From Candidatus Woesearchaeota archaeon (lineage in GTDB: Archaea > Nanobdellota > Nanobdellia > Woesearchaeales > ARS49), in the NCBI GenBank assembly GCA_030750765.1, contig JASMHM010000001.1, positions 32,541-96,540 on the forward strand: a stretch of DNA of 64,000 bases, written 5' to 3'. A program made the position numbers and the translations under genes. Position 1 is the first letter of the stretch; each line of letters begins with the position of its first letter. The notes under the pieces were generated by a model that saw only the letters and a program-made list of their open reading frames with translations, was not told the DNA's origin and searched no databases. Positions 1-7,610 of the stretch are shown here, piece after piece.

Positions 1-1691
1 AAGAATGTAGGAGTTTGTGGCTCTTTCGGCTTGGTGCTTCGTAGGTTGATGATTTTTGGCTGGAAGCCGTCTGCCTGGGCTAAAGCGTAGGCAGTTCCCA
101 AACAGAAAGGAACAGGTGAGTTCAGAATGCCACTAGAGTCTGTGCCGCCCAACGTGCATTCCTTGTATTTTCCGCACCCCACACTGATGCTTGCGTCTTT
201 TATGGGGTTGCGAACATCCTCTGTTTTTCGAAGACGATCCTTAACCACAAAGTCAAAGGGTTCAGATATTCTTTGGTCCTCATCGCAAAAGCGTACCTTG
301 AGATCGTTGGTGTTTATGGGTTCCTCACTAATGTCTTCCACGCATGCTTGGGTGCAGTCAATCTCAAGATTAAACAATTGGTTGTCCAGCGGGCACCTGA
401 ATTGTGCGCCATCAGCAACACAAGGAACTCTTTGTTTCTCCTGGATCGATCCGTCGACATTGAGCGCACCATCAGGGAACGCACCAATGGTCCCGCCTCC
501 CCTATGGAAGTCCAAGAAGTTTTTGTTGTCCTTGATGTTTCCTTCCAGAGCAAACTGGAAGAGGAATCCCTTACCATCAAAACTCTTCGTGTCCTCAACA
601 CGCACCACTACCGGGAAGGAGAAGGTGTAGTAGAACTCGTAAAAGTTGTACTTTGTGGTTGGAACAAGATTCAAGAAGTATTTTTGGGTGTGCGTGCTAG
701 GTTTGAGCAACAACCCTTCAGTAGGACGCACGTCAAAGTGGATATCCCACTGCGGGTCGTAGAAGAATGTGACCTCTTGATTTTTGTAGGCAATGTTTGA
801 GACTTCCCTAGAGAATACCGTATCTTCGGTCTTGGGAACCCCCTTCGTGCGCTGGATCTCCAACAAGGGAACGTTCCGTCCTAGCAAAAACTTTCTGATG
901 CGTTCCTCCACGGTTTGTTTGGTCCACGTCTTCGAACCAAACCCTTCCTCAAAGAACGCAATAGGAGGAATACGTGCGCTGTCAGGAACACCAGAATACG
1001 CGCTAATCAAATGTAAGGCAGCGTTTTCTAAATAATAATTCTGGAATTGGTATGCGGTCAGCTGCGTTGCCAAAAGATAGGGCGCCATCACATTTGCAGG
1101 AATGGTGACGATGAACTCCCTTGCCGTTTTGGACTCCACCCCTCGTTCAAGCTTTACAGGAAAGTCCAGCTTCATGATGACCGTGTTGTCTGCGATCGTT
1201 GCGCGAGAATCCTTTGCACCAGTGGTTACTAAGAAACCTTCCTCTTTGAACGGTTCTAGGTTCTGTGTGCACCCGTCAAGACGGGTCTCAAGGTATAATT
1301 CTAGCTGGACCTCCATCTCCGACAGCGTAGGTTGGTTGCCGCTCAGCACACAAGTAGTGCAAGGTTCGCTCTCTCCTTGGAAGAGCCAGAAAGGTACTGC
1401 CGTCTTACCAACGCGCACCAACTCTCCATCTGTCACTGGAAGGGTCTCCACAAGATCCACCCCCGACAGAGCAAAGTCTGTGGGATCAATGTAGCCACCG
1501 TGCTGGCCCAGCCTACGAACGCCTTCAGCAGTTAGTTCACGCATGCAATGTTCGATAAAACCTGTGATGTCCCCAGTATCCGCAGGTGGAGGTCCTGCAT
1601 CCTCTGTGGTACGAACCATGGTGAAGGTGATGCCTACTGCTAAAAGAATCATAGCCCCAAGGATGATGAATATGGTTATTTGCGCTTTCAT
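1..1691 (-). CDS. Exported/membrane-anchored hypothetical protein; 3-prime end lies outside the window (at least 563 codons)
   Basis: Hand translation of the minus strand from ATG 1691..1689 (MKAQITIFIILGAMILLAVGITF...) stays open to position 1. It is absent from the ORF track because no stop lies in the window. Its start forms an ATGA overlap with the stop of the upstream gene at 1688. Confidence 0.6.
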   Translation of the reverse strand, partial: MKAQITIFIILGAMILLAVGITFTMVRTTEDAGPPPADTGDITGFIEHCMRELTAEGVRRLGQHGGYIDPTDFALSGVDLVETLPVTDGELVRVGKTAVPFWLFQGESEPCTTCVLSGNQPTLSEMEVQLELYLETRLDGCTQNLEPFKEEGFLVTTGAKDSRATIADNTVIMKLDFPVKLERGVESKTAREFIVTIPANVMAPYLLATQLTAYQFQNYYLENAALHLISAYSGVPDSARIPPIAFFEEGFGSKTWTKQTVEERIRKFLLGRNVPLLEIQRTKGVPKTEDTVFSREVSNIAYKNQEVTFFYDPQWDIHFDVRPTEGLLLKPSTHTQKYFLNLVPTTKYNFYEFYYTFSFPVVVRVEDTKSFDGKGFLFQFALEGNIKDNKNFLDFHRGGGTIGAFPDGALNVDGSIQEKQRVPCVADGAQFRCPLDNQLFNLEIDCTQACVEDISEEPINTNDLKVRFCDEDQRISEPFDFVVKDRLRKTEDVRNPIKDASISVGCGKYKECTLGGTDSSGILNSPVPFCLGTAYALAQADGFQPKIINLRSTKPKEPQTPTF

Positions 1692-2359
1692 GTGAATTGG
1701 AGTTGGATTAGGGAAACGTAGGTAAGCCAGACGGCAATCATGACCGGATACGGGAGCCAGAGAGCGAGAATACCGAGAAGCAAGGAAGCAGAGGTCAAGA
1801 ACAAGGCGACGATGAGTCCAACAACGGTAAGGCAAGCAATCTTTGCCGTGATTGGCTTCCCACTGATCGCCTTACTACCCCAAAGACAGAGCGCGATGAC
1901 TAAGGGAGGCCAAATATAGTTCATATCCAAAATGAACTCGTAACAAAGGTAAAATATGCCTATCCAGCCAAGCGTGCGATAGCCAGTGATGCGCAACACT
2001 TCTAGGAATCGCTTCTTAGTAAACTTCTTCTTTTGTATCTTCCCCCACATCCAGGCACGGTGGACGGTTGTGAAAGACAGAAGGCAAGCTAGCGCAAAAA
2101 CCCAGTACACAGCACTAGAAAGCGCCCAGGAAACGAACACGCGTTGGGCGAAATCCACCTGCGCCTCCACCAAGTCAGCATTGTCCCCTGTAAGCGCGAT
2201 CTCTTTGCTGAAAAACTTCACCAGATAGTCAACACTGTCTGGCTGGACGATCAAGGACGTGTTGATCAACCCCCAACCGAATAGCAAGAGTCCGAGGAGA
2301 ACCACCACCCCGACAGCATATGCCAGGTTGCCTAGCCAGAACGTAGTAAACTTGTTCAT
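1688..2359 (-). CDS. Polytopic membrane protein, no recognised family
   Basis: 223-aa ORF with several long hydrophobic segments (LGNLAYAVGVVVLLGLLLFGWGLI, LTVVGLIVALFLTSASLLLGILALWLPYPVMIAVWL). ATGA start/stop overlaps with both neighbours. Confidence 0.6.
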   Translation of the reverse strand: MNKFTTFWLGNLAYAVGVVVLLGLLLFGWGLINTSLIVQPDSVDYLVKFFSKEIALTGDNADLVEAQVDFAQRVFVSWALSSAVYWVFALACLLSFTTVHRAWMWGKIQKKKFTKKRFLEVLRITGYRTLGWIGIFYLCYEFILDMNYIWPPLVIALCLWGSKAISGKPITAKIACLTVVGLIVALFLTSASLLLGILALWLPYPVMIAVWLTYVSLIQLQFT

Positions 2360-2841
2360 TGGGACACCAAGGGTACGCTGACCCTCTCCCCTTGATAAGC
2401 TATAACGATGCTATGGAATGCGGAAGGGCTGCTAAAGTTGAACGTTTCAAATGTTCGGTTGCTTATCTGCCTGTTGAAGAGAAAATTGACTGGCGAGGGA
2501 GCATCTGCAGGTTCTTCTCCTATCTCTATGAAGAAAGAAACAGTGATAGGTGTGACCGGCTCCACAAAGTACTCGAATTCATAGAAGATGGACCCGTTTT
2601 CTTGCCGACGGATGCCTTGTAGCGTTGCTGTTGTTTCTGTTGGTAACTCTAGAGTTTGTGCCGTGCCTCCTAGTTCCACCTCTGGCTCTTCATCTACTGG
2701 CTCGTCTCTTCCTCCAAACACTCTGCATACATTCACCTCATCATCCCCAACACCATACCATCCCGGAATTCTTGGATCGAAATCTAAGGGCAAGGCTACG
2801 GCAGTGGTTGCCAAAAGCAGGAACAAAATAATCCATCTCAT
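2356..2841 (-). CDS. Secreted hypothetical protein with signal peptide
   Basis: I chose the start at M26 of the 186-aa track ORF (MRWIILFLLLATTAVALP). ATG 2841..2839 overlaps the TGA of the upstream gene (ATGA) and gives a canonical signal peptide. Confidence 0.55.
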   Translation of the reverse strand: MRWIILFLLLATTAVALPLDFDPRIPGWYGVGDDEVNVCRVFGGRDEPVDEEPEVELGGTAQTLELPTETTATLQGIRRQENGSIFYEFEYFVEPVTPITVSFFIEIGEEPADAPSPVNFLFNRQISNRTFETFNFSSPSAFHSIVIAYQGERVSVPLVSQ

Positions 2842-4538
2842 GTGTTTATCACCAGCCCGTTGGCAGGGATGAAGAATCCGCCTACTTCTCCCAGAACAAC
2901 ATCTTGACTCTCGCAAAAGTCTTGGTCACCTAAAGCATCAGGCTCGTACTGACCAAAGCCAAACTGGCTTTTCGCACTGTTCACTAATTCTAAGGTTAGA
3001 AGTAGTGCTCCTACCGCTCCACATTTTGCAGAGGGTGCGGTCATGCCGACGCTTACGGGAGCCTCAGCACAGTTTATTTCCATTGTCTGTGAACAGGTAA
3101 CCTGCCAGATCTCTCCCGCGATGTACACGACATAGGCTTTAAGTATGCCTAGGCCAACCTTTTGTAACAAGTTCTTGACCTTGTACCCTGTCTGCTTGAA
3201 CTGGGCGCTTTCCACGTACAAACAATGCCTTTCTTTGAAAGCAACGTCACAGCCTGCAAAACTTCCGCCTGTTTTTTCCTGTGCCTTCATACAATTTCGG
3301 TATAAGCACTTTATTTGTTTGTCCTTTTTGAGATTGAACAGGACGGCAGGAATACACATGGTTACACTTGCGTAGTGTATACTCTTGTAAGGATTGAAAA
3401 ACAAGTTGTTTCCTTTGATGATGTCCATCATGGTAGGCTCGCCTACTAGTTGTGGGGGATCCTTAGGGATAAAGGGCAAGCCTTTCTCCTTTTTCTTCTT
3501 GTTATCAAAGAATGTTCCTTTAGCGCCGGTAAGACTTCGCAATCTTGCGGGCTTATCTGCTCGAGGACCATCAGATCCACCAGGAGCTCCGGTTATGGTG
3601 GGGGATCCTCCTTTGGCTACGCCGATCTTGCCTCCTCCAAAAGGTATTTTCTGTTTAATCTTTGTGGCAATCTTGCTGTTGAACGCTTCTACCTTGTCAA
3701 TGGTGTTAATTCCTTGGACTGCGATGGTTGACAGCTGATCAACATTCGCTAACAAGCAGTCAAAGAAGATGCTGCACCCCCACTTGTTAATGATGCCAAC
3801 AAGATTGAGCCCTCCGCCAAAGAAACCTACCGGCCAGATGAATGTGTTGACGATTCTGTGGAAGGTAGATGTGGCCGTGCACACCGTAGACCAAGGAACA
3901 CGAATCAGCGGCACCACGGTTGGTGAGCAGAAAATGCTGGCCAGACATGCTCCCTCAGCCCCTAGGAAAAGCGCGAACAACACCGTTTTTAGATTCTGGA
4001 TCATAGTGTTGACACGGGCCAACAATTTGGAGATCGTACACCACAATCCAAAGATGTCTACCAACTTTTGGAGCTTGTCAATCCTATCTTGCACTTCGTT
4101 AATGCGTCGGGTGACTTCGTTAATCTTCAAGGACTGGGCTTGGACTACTTCCCCCAAAGGATTGTTGTTGACGTCTATCTTTTTTTCTATACTAAAGTTT
4201 TGTGCTCGTACTTGATCTTTGATGACTGCAAAAAATGTGCACTTGACGTTCAATTCTCTTACTGGCTTACTCTTGAACTGGACAGTAGGGGTTAAGGAGG
4301 TGTCATCGAACATTACTGGTACGCCAATGATGTTCCTCATCTCTGGACACTTGAACACCCCCTTGACGTACTCTTCCTCTTGTGGTTGGACTGCAAACTG
4401 TAAGGTTACGATGAAGTTTTTCTCAGCAACTTTAGTGTCTATAACATCAGGAATAGTTCTTACGAGTTGGACGTTGACTGCCGTACTAACAGGTATAGTT
4501 ATGAGTAAAACTATCGCAAACAGTGCAAATCCCCTCAT
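2838..4538 (-). CDS. Large Cys-rich exported/membrane hypothetical protein
   Basis: 566-aa ORF with N-terminus MRGFALFAIVLLITIPVSTAV, a central hydrophobic Cys-rich block and a Gly-rich basic linker (GGGKIGVAKGGSPTITGAPGGSDGP...KKKKEKG). A TATA box lies 27 nt upstream. Confidence 0.6.
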   Translation of the reverse strand: MRGFALFAIVLLITIPVSTAVNVQLVRTIPDVIDTKVAEKNFIVTLQFAVQPQEEEYVKGVFKCPEMRNIIGVPVMFDDTSLTPTVQFKSKPVRELNVKCTFFAVIKDQVRAQNFSIEKKIDVNNNPLGEVVQAQSLKINEVTRRINEVQDRIDKLQKLVDIFGLWCTISKLLARVNTMIQNLKTVLFALFLGAEGACLASIFCSPTVVPLIRVPWSTVCTATSTFHRIVNTFIWPVGFFGGGLNLVGIINKWGCSIFFDCLLANVDQLSTIAVQGINTIDKVEAFNSKIATKIKQKIPFGGGKIGVAKGGSPTITGAPGGSDGPRADKPARLRSLTGAKGTFFDNKKKKEKGLPFIPKDPPQLVGEPTMMDIIKGNNLFFNPYKSIHYASVTMCIPAVLFNLKKDKQIKCLYRNCMKAQEKTGGSFAGCDVAFKERHCLYVESAQFKQTGYKVKNLLQKVGLGILKAYVVYIAGEIWQVTCSQTMEINCAEAPVSVGMTAPSAKCGAVGALLLTLELVNSAKSQFGFGQYEPDALGDQDFCESQDVVLGEVGGFFIPANGLVINT

Positions 4539-4560
4539 GGGCGAGAACCACGAATACTAC

Positions 4561-4569
4561 TATATAAAA
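4561..4569 (-). promoter_or_regulatory. TATA box for the 4538..1 operon
   Basis: The minus strand reads ccttttatatag. Its centre is 27 nt upstream of ATG 4538, the same geometry as about 20 other genes in the window. Confidence 0.5.
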
Positions 4570-4640
4570 GGGGATGGTGAAACAGGCGTAGTATTCAAAG
4601 GAGTAGAGTCGTAGATCTGCTAACTCATAAGGCACAAAAG

Positions 4641-4775
4641 TTATAACTCGTTCCAACGTTCATCTGCCTTATTGTCCCACTCTTTTCTAAGAACTTCCTG
4701 AGAAAGGAGCATAGTTATGACACTTTCTTCATCAAACCGTTTGAGATGTTGCCTTTTATTCATTTTGATAACCAT
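4641..4775 (-). CDS. Small orphan ORF (44 aa) with an antitoxin-like C-terminus
   Basis: It falls below the track cutoff. Sequence: MVIKMNKRQHLKRFDEESVITMLLSQEVLRKEWDNKADERWNEL. The LxxEWDNxxDExWxxL tail resembles small archaeal/cyanobacterial antitoxin-type peptides, but there is no partner toxin. Confidence 0.3.
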   Translation of the reverse strand: MVIKMNKRQHLKRFDEESVITMLLSQEVLRKEWDNKADERWNEL

Positions 4776-4816
4776 TATTCAACGTTGTTTAATTAATTTT
4801 CCAAAATCGAGAAAAC

Positions 4817-4825
4817 CTTTATAAG
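4817..4825 (+). promoter_or_regulatory. TATA box for tRNA-Leu
   Basis: ctttataag preceded by a purine-rich gaaaac (BRE-like), about 26 nt upstream of tRNA position 1. Confidence 0.5.
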
Positions 4826-4846
4826 ACTTCCTGCTTCCCCTCTCTT

Positions 4847-4932
4847 GCCGCAGTGGCAGAGTCTGGCCAAATGCGCAGGACTTAAGATCCTGTCTCCTAG
4901 CGAGTTCGCCGGTTCGAATCCGGCCTGCGGCA
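4847..4932 (+). tRNA. tRNA-Leu (anticodon UAA)
   Basis: Acceptor GCCGCAG/CTGCGGC plus discriminator A, anticodon loop CTTAAGA, long variable arm, T arm ggTTCGAATcc. No encoded CCA. Confidence 0.9.
4917..4932 (+). repeat. Direct repeat copy 1 (tRNA-Leu 3-prime end, att-like)
   Basis: aatccggcctgcggca. Confidence 0.85.
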
Positions 4933-4965
4933 GCATTACTACTTCTAAGTGATCGTGGTAGAAAG

Positions 4966-4974
4966 TTTTATATA
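4966..4974 (+). promoter_or_regulatory. TATA-like box upstream of a roughly 145-nt aspS leader
   Basis: gaaagttttatatacc has the same consensus as the other promoters, but the next long ORF start (5140) is about 170 nt away. Confidence 0.35.
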
Positions 4975-5139
4975 CCTCGAAGGCATACCAGTTTTAGCCG
5001 TAAAGGCAGGAGAACAAAAAAATGAAAGAAATCAAACAAATTGGAAGCATTAAGTTAGAAGTTTCTCTTGCCAATAATAATTGCTAGTTCTACGCATCGT
5101 TTGAAAGTCATCGAATAGTACTTGATGGAGGTATGCATC

Positions 5140-6396
5140 ATGAAAAGATCACTAGTATCAAAACTACAGATAGGGGAATCAGCAAAAATAATGGGGTGGG
5201 TGCAAAGCATCCGCTCGTTAGGAGGCATAACATTTGTACTTGTTAGAGAAAGAACAGGATTTGTTCAATGTGTCTTCAAAGGCAGTCCAAGAATTTCACG
5301 CGAAAGCGTGGTGGAAATAGTCGGCAGAGTGCATCAAGAACCTAGAGCGCCAGGACAGGTTGAGATTAAGGGAGAAAAAATAAGGATTGTTAGCGAAGCA
5401 GCACAACCTTTATCTGTTGAAACAGGAAAGTCCGCAAAGCTGAGTCTTCCCCAACTTATTGAAAGCAGACCGCTTAGCCTTAGGCAAGAAAAGCAACAAG
5501 CAATCTTCAAAATAAAGGCAGAACTTGTTTGGGCATTTAGGGAGTTCATGAGAAGCCAAGGCTTTGTAGAAATACACAGCACCAAGCTTACTTCAGGAGG
5601 ACTAGAAGGAGGAAGCGAGGTATTCCCTGTAAAGTATTTTGGCAAAACAGCATGGCTTGCGCAAAGCCCTCAGTTCTACAAGCAAATGATGGTAGGAGTG
5701 TATGAACGCGTTTTTGAGGTAGGAAAGGTATACAGAGCAGAACCTCATGCAACAACCCGCCATCTAGCCGAGTATGTTGGTTTGGACTATGAAATAGGAT
5801 TCATAGAATCTGTAGAAGAAGTAATGGAAATGGAAGAGAAAATGCTAAAATTCGTGTTTGGGCATTTGAAAACCCACTGTCCAGAACTAAAGCTGTTTGA
5901 AGCAAAAGTTCCTGAAATAGAAACCATACCCAGAATCACTTTCGCGAAAGCCAAAGAGATGATTAGGGGCAAGTGTCCAGTGAAGGAAAGTGGACTAACA
6001 CCAGAAATGGAAAGGGCTATTTGCCAGGAAGTGGAAAAAGAATACGGGTCGGAGCTAGTCTTCATTACCAAATACCCGCTGGGAGAAAGACCTTTCTACA
6101 CCATGCCCTCAAAGGAAGAAGGCTGTAGTGAAAGCTTTGAACTTCTGTACAAAGGGTTAGAAATTACCACAGGAAGCCAGAGAATTCACCAGTACGAAGA
6201 ATTGAAGAAAGCCATAGTAGAGGCAGGAATGAAACTAGAGGGCTTCAAGGGTTATCTCATGTGCTTCAAATACGGCATGCCACCCCATGGAGGCGTTGGC
6301 ATTGGGACTGAAAGGATCATTAAAGAGCTCCTGGGCCTAGGTTCAGTTGAGGAGGCAAGCTTGATACCACGTACCAAACAAAGATTCCATCATTGA
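5140..6396 (+). CDS. aspS: Aspartyl-tRNA synthetase, archaeal type
   Basis: N-terminal OB fold, then LAQSPQFYKQ, class II motif 2 YRAEPHATTRHLAEY and motif 3 GMPPHGGVGIGTERI. It is collinear with Thermococcus/Pyrococcus AspRS. I chose the start at ATG 5140 because GGAGGT (5127..5132) lies 7 nt upstream; the track start 5122 is a TTG. Confidence 0.9.
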   Translation: MKRSLVSKLQIGESAKIMGWVQSIRSLGGITFVLVRERTGFVQCVFKGSPRISRESVVEIVGRVHQEPRAPGQVEIKGEKIRIVSEAAQPLSVETGKSAKLSLPQLIESRPLSLRQEKQQAIFKIKAELVWAFREFMRSQGFVEIHSTKLTSGGLEGGSEVFPVKYFGKTAWLAQSPQFYKQMMVGVYERVFEVGKVYRAEPHATTRHLAEYVGLDYEIGFIESVEEVMEMEEKMLKFVFGHLKTHCPELKLFEAKVPEIETIPRITFAKAKEMIRGKCPVKESGLTPEMERAICQEVEKEYGSELVFITKYPLGERPFYTMPSKEEGCSESFELLYKGLEITTGSQRIHQYEELKKAIVEAGMKLEGFKGYLMCFKYGMPPHGGVGIGTERIIKELLGLGSVEEASLIPRTKQRFHH

Positions 6397-6412
6397 TGCG
6401 GCATCCGAAACC

Positions 6413-6422
6413 TTTATAAATA
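6413..6422 (+). promoter_or_regulatory. TATA box for the TA operon
   Basis: gaaacctttataaata, centre about 29 nt upstream of ATG 6446. Confidence 0.5.
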
Positions 6423-6445
6423 AGCTCGACTTAGTTGGACTTAGT

Positions 6446-6667
6446 ATGGTAAATGCGCTGATAAAGCTGAATGATGAAACAAACAAGGTCTTGAACATAG
6501 TAAAGGCTCAGAACGGATTAAAGGACAAGGGAGAGGCTGTAGAGTTCGTGGTTCATCGCTATCTTGAAGAACCCGAGCTGAAAACTGAATTTGTCCAAAA
6601 AATCAAGAAAATTGAGAAGCAAAAGAGCATCCGAGTCAAGGATTTTGAGCAGAGGTACGACATTTAA
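6446..6667 (+). CDS. Antitoxin (DUF2683-like/RHH-like) of a RelE-type TA pair
   Basis: 73 aa. MVNALIKLNDETNKVLNIVKAQNGLKDKGEAVEFV resembles archaeal DUF2683 antitoxins. Its stop overlaps the toxin start (TAATG). Confidence 0.65.
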   Translation: MVNALIKLNDETNKVLNIVKAQNGLKDKGEAVEFVVHRYLEEPELKTEFVQKIKKIEKQKSIRVKDFEQRYDI

Positions 6668-6948
6668 TGTACAACCTGGATGTAAAGCCTGAAGCAGATA
6701 GGATATTCCATAAGTTAGCAAAAAAGAATCCTAAACAACTGAAAATAATTTCAAATAAAATCAAAGAAATCCGAAAGAATCCAGACCATAACTACAAATT
6801 CTTGAGAAAGCCCCTCCAAAAGTACAATAGGGTTCACATTGACAAACACTTTGTTCTCATCTTTAAGATCAACCATCAAGATCAAATCGTAGATATCTAT
6901 TACTTCGATCACCACGATTTAGTGTACCAATGGCGACCTAAGAACTAA
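6667..6948 (+). CDS. RelE/ParE-family toxin (mRNA interferase type)
   Basis: 93 aa with the family pattern: KLAKKNPKQLKIISNKIKEIRKNP...LRKPLQKYNRVHIDKHFVLIFKI....IVDIYYFDHHD. Confidence 0.7.
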   Translation: MYNLDVKPEADRIFHKLAKKNPKQLKIISNKIKEIRKNPDHNYKFLRKPLQKYNRVHIDKHFVLIFKINHQDQIVDIYYFDHHDLVYQWRPKN

Positions 6949-6962
6949 TCCGGCCTGCGGCA
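6947..6962 (+). repeat. Direct repeat copy 2 (att-like)
   Basis: Exact aatccggcctgcggca. It starts inside the toxin stop codon. Confidence 0.85.
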
Positions 6963-7055
6963 TGTGCCCCACACAGACATGCGTGATTATGTGGATTGTT
7001 GCGTACGCACAAGGAGTGGCGGAGCAACTGACCTCCTACTCGAGACTAGAAAAGC

Positions 7056-7063
7056 TTTTATAG
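7056..7063 (+). promoter_or_regulatory. TATA box
   Basis: aaagcttttatagc, about 26 nt upstream of ATG 7086. Confidence 0.5.
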
Positions 7064-7085
7064 CATATGCCTGCCAAAAAGAGCT

Positions 7086-7463
7086 ATGGACAATGCGATA
7101 GTGGAGCAGTCAAAAATTGCAGGGATGAAGGAAGCAACCGCGGTTTGGGACTCGTTCTCGGTGACATTTCAAGAATCTGTTAAGAAAAAGTATTCTGATG
7201 CGAGAGTGGAAACCCAAATTGACGCAACAGGAACAGGATACGTCACCCTCGTGCTTACCAAAGGGTGGAGAGCGTTTCTCCATGTTGAGGGCAAAGGAAA
7301 AAGTGCCACCGTAACATTGGAGAGAGCGGAAGGTTTCAACGACACCAAGGAGTTGCTTCTCGCCGAGCTATCCTACGCAGAGCTGAATCAAACTAATGCT
7401 GTTGAACAAGGAAAAACCATTGCCGAGGCATTCATAGCCAAGATCGAGAGTTCTAAAGAATAA
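7086..7463 (+). CDS. Hypothetical protein
   Basis: 125-aa ORF with a correctly spaced TATA box. No recognised motif. Confidence 0.6.
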   Translation: MDNAIVEQSKIAGMKEATAVWDSFSVTFQESVKKKYSDARVETQIDATGTGYVTLVLTKGWRAFLHVEGKGKSATVTLERAEGFNDTKELLLAELSYAELNQTNAVEQGKTIAEAFIAKIESSKE

Positions 7464-7523
7464 CAGGAAGGATCGCTTAGCCATCTACAGGAAACCATTC
7501 CTCAAAACCAAACAACGATTCCG

Positions 7524-7568
7524 TCACTAGCGCGGCTTCGATTTTTAGTGAACGTTCGGCCTGCGGCA
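7524..7568 (+). repeat. Degenerate third copy of the tRNA-Leu 3-prime half
   Basis: The exact 12-mer cggcctgcggca lies at 7557..7568. Upstream similarity to the tRNA is looser (ctagcg, ggcttcga versus ggttcga). Confidence 0.6.
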
Positions 7569-7577
7569 TTTACGAAA

Positions 7578-7587
7578 TTGATATAAA
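7578..7587 (+). promoter_or_regulatory. TATA box for the MFS gene
   Basis: ttgatataaa, about 28 nt upstream of ATG 7611. Confidence 0.5.
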
Positions 7588-7610
7588 CCTCTCTGGATCT
7601 CCCCCTCGTC

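Larger units (their letters stand above)
4917..6962 (+). mobile_element. Putative integrated-element remnant bounded by 16-nt direct repeats of the tRNA-Leu 3-prime end (cargo: aspS and a TA pair); no integrase
   Basis: The exact 16-mer aatccggcctgcggca occurs at 4917..4932 (inside the tRNA) and at 6947..6962. Confidence 0.35.

Noticed and set aside
127-1535. Six overlapping + strand ORFs (127..630, 273..800, 793..1035, 1047..1232, 1102..1494, 1332..1535)
   Set aside because: They overlap each other in different frames, have low-complexity Ser/Leu/Arg-rich products, and lie antisense to a continuous minus-strand ORF that has a signal peptide and operon coupling. I treat them as shadow ORFs.
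5022-5087. 21-codon ORF (MKEIKQIGSIKLEVSLANNNC) in the aspS leader
   Set aside because: It is too short, has no SD, and sits about 50 nt from the TATA centre, which is not leaderless spacing. It may be part of a 5-prime UTR, and nothing supports translation.
4933-7556. An intact integrative mobile element at tRNA-Leu
   Set aside because: No integrase, replication or capsid gene lies between the repeats, and no integrase fragment is recognisable by eye. I report it only as a remnant or footprint.
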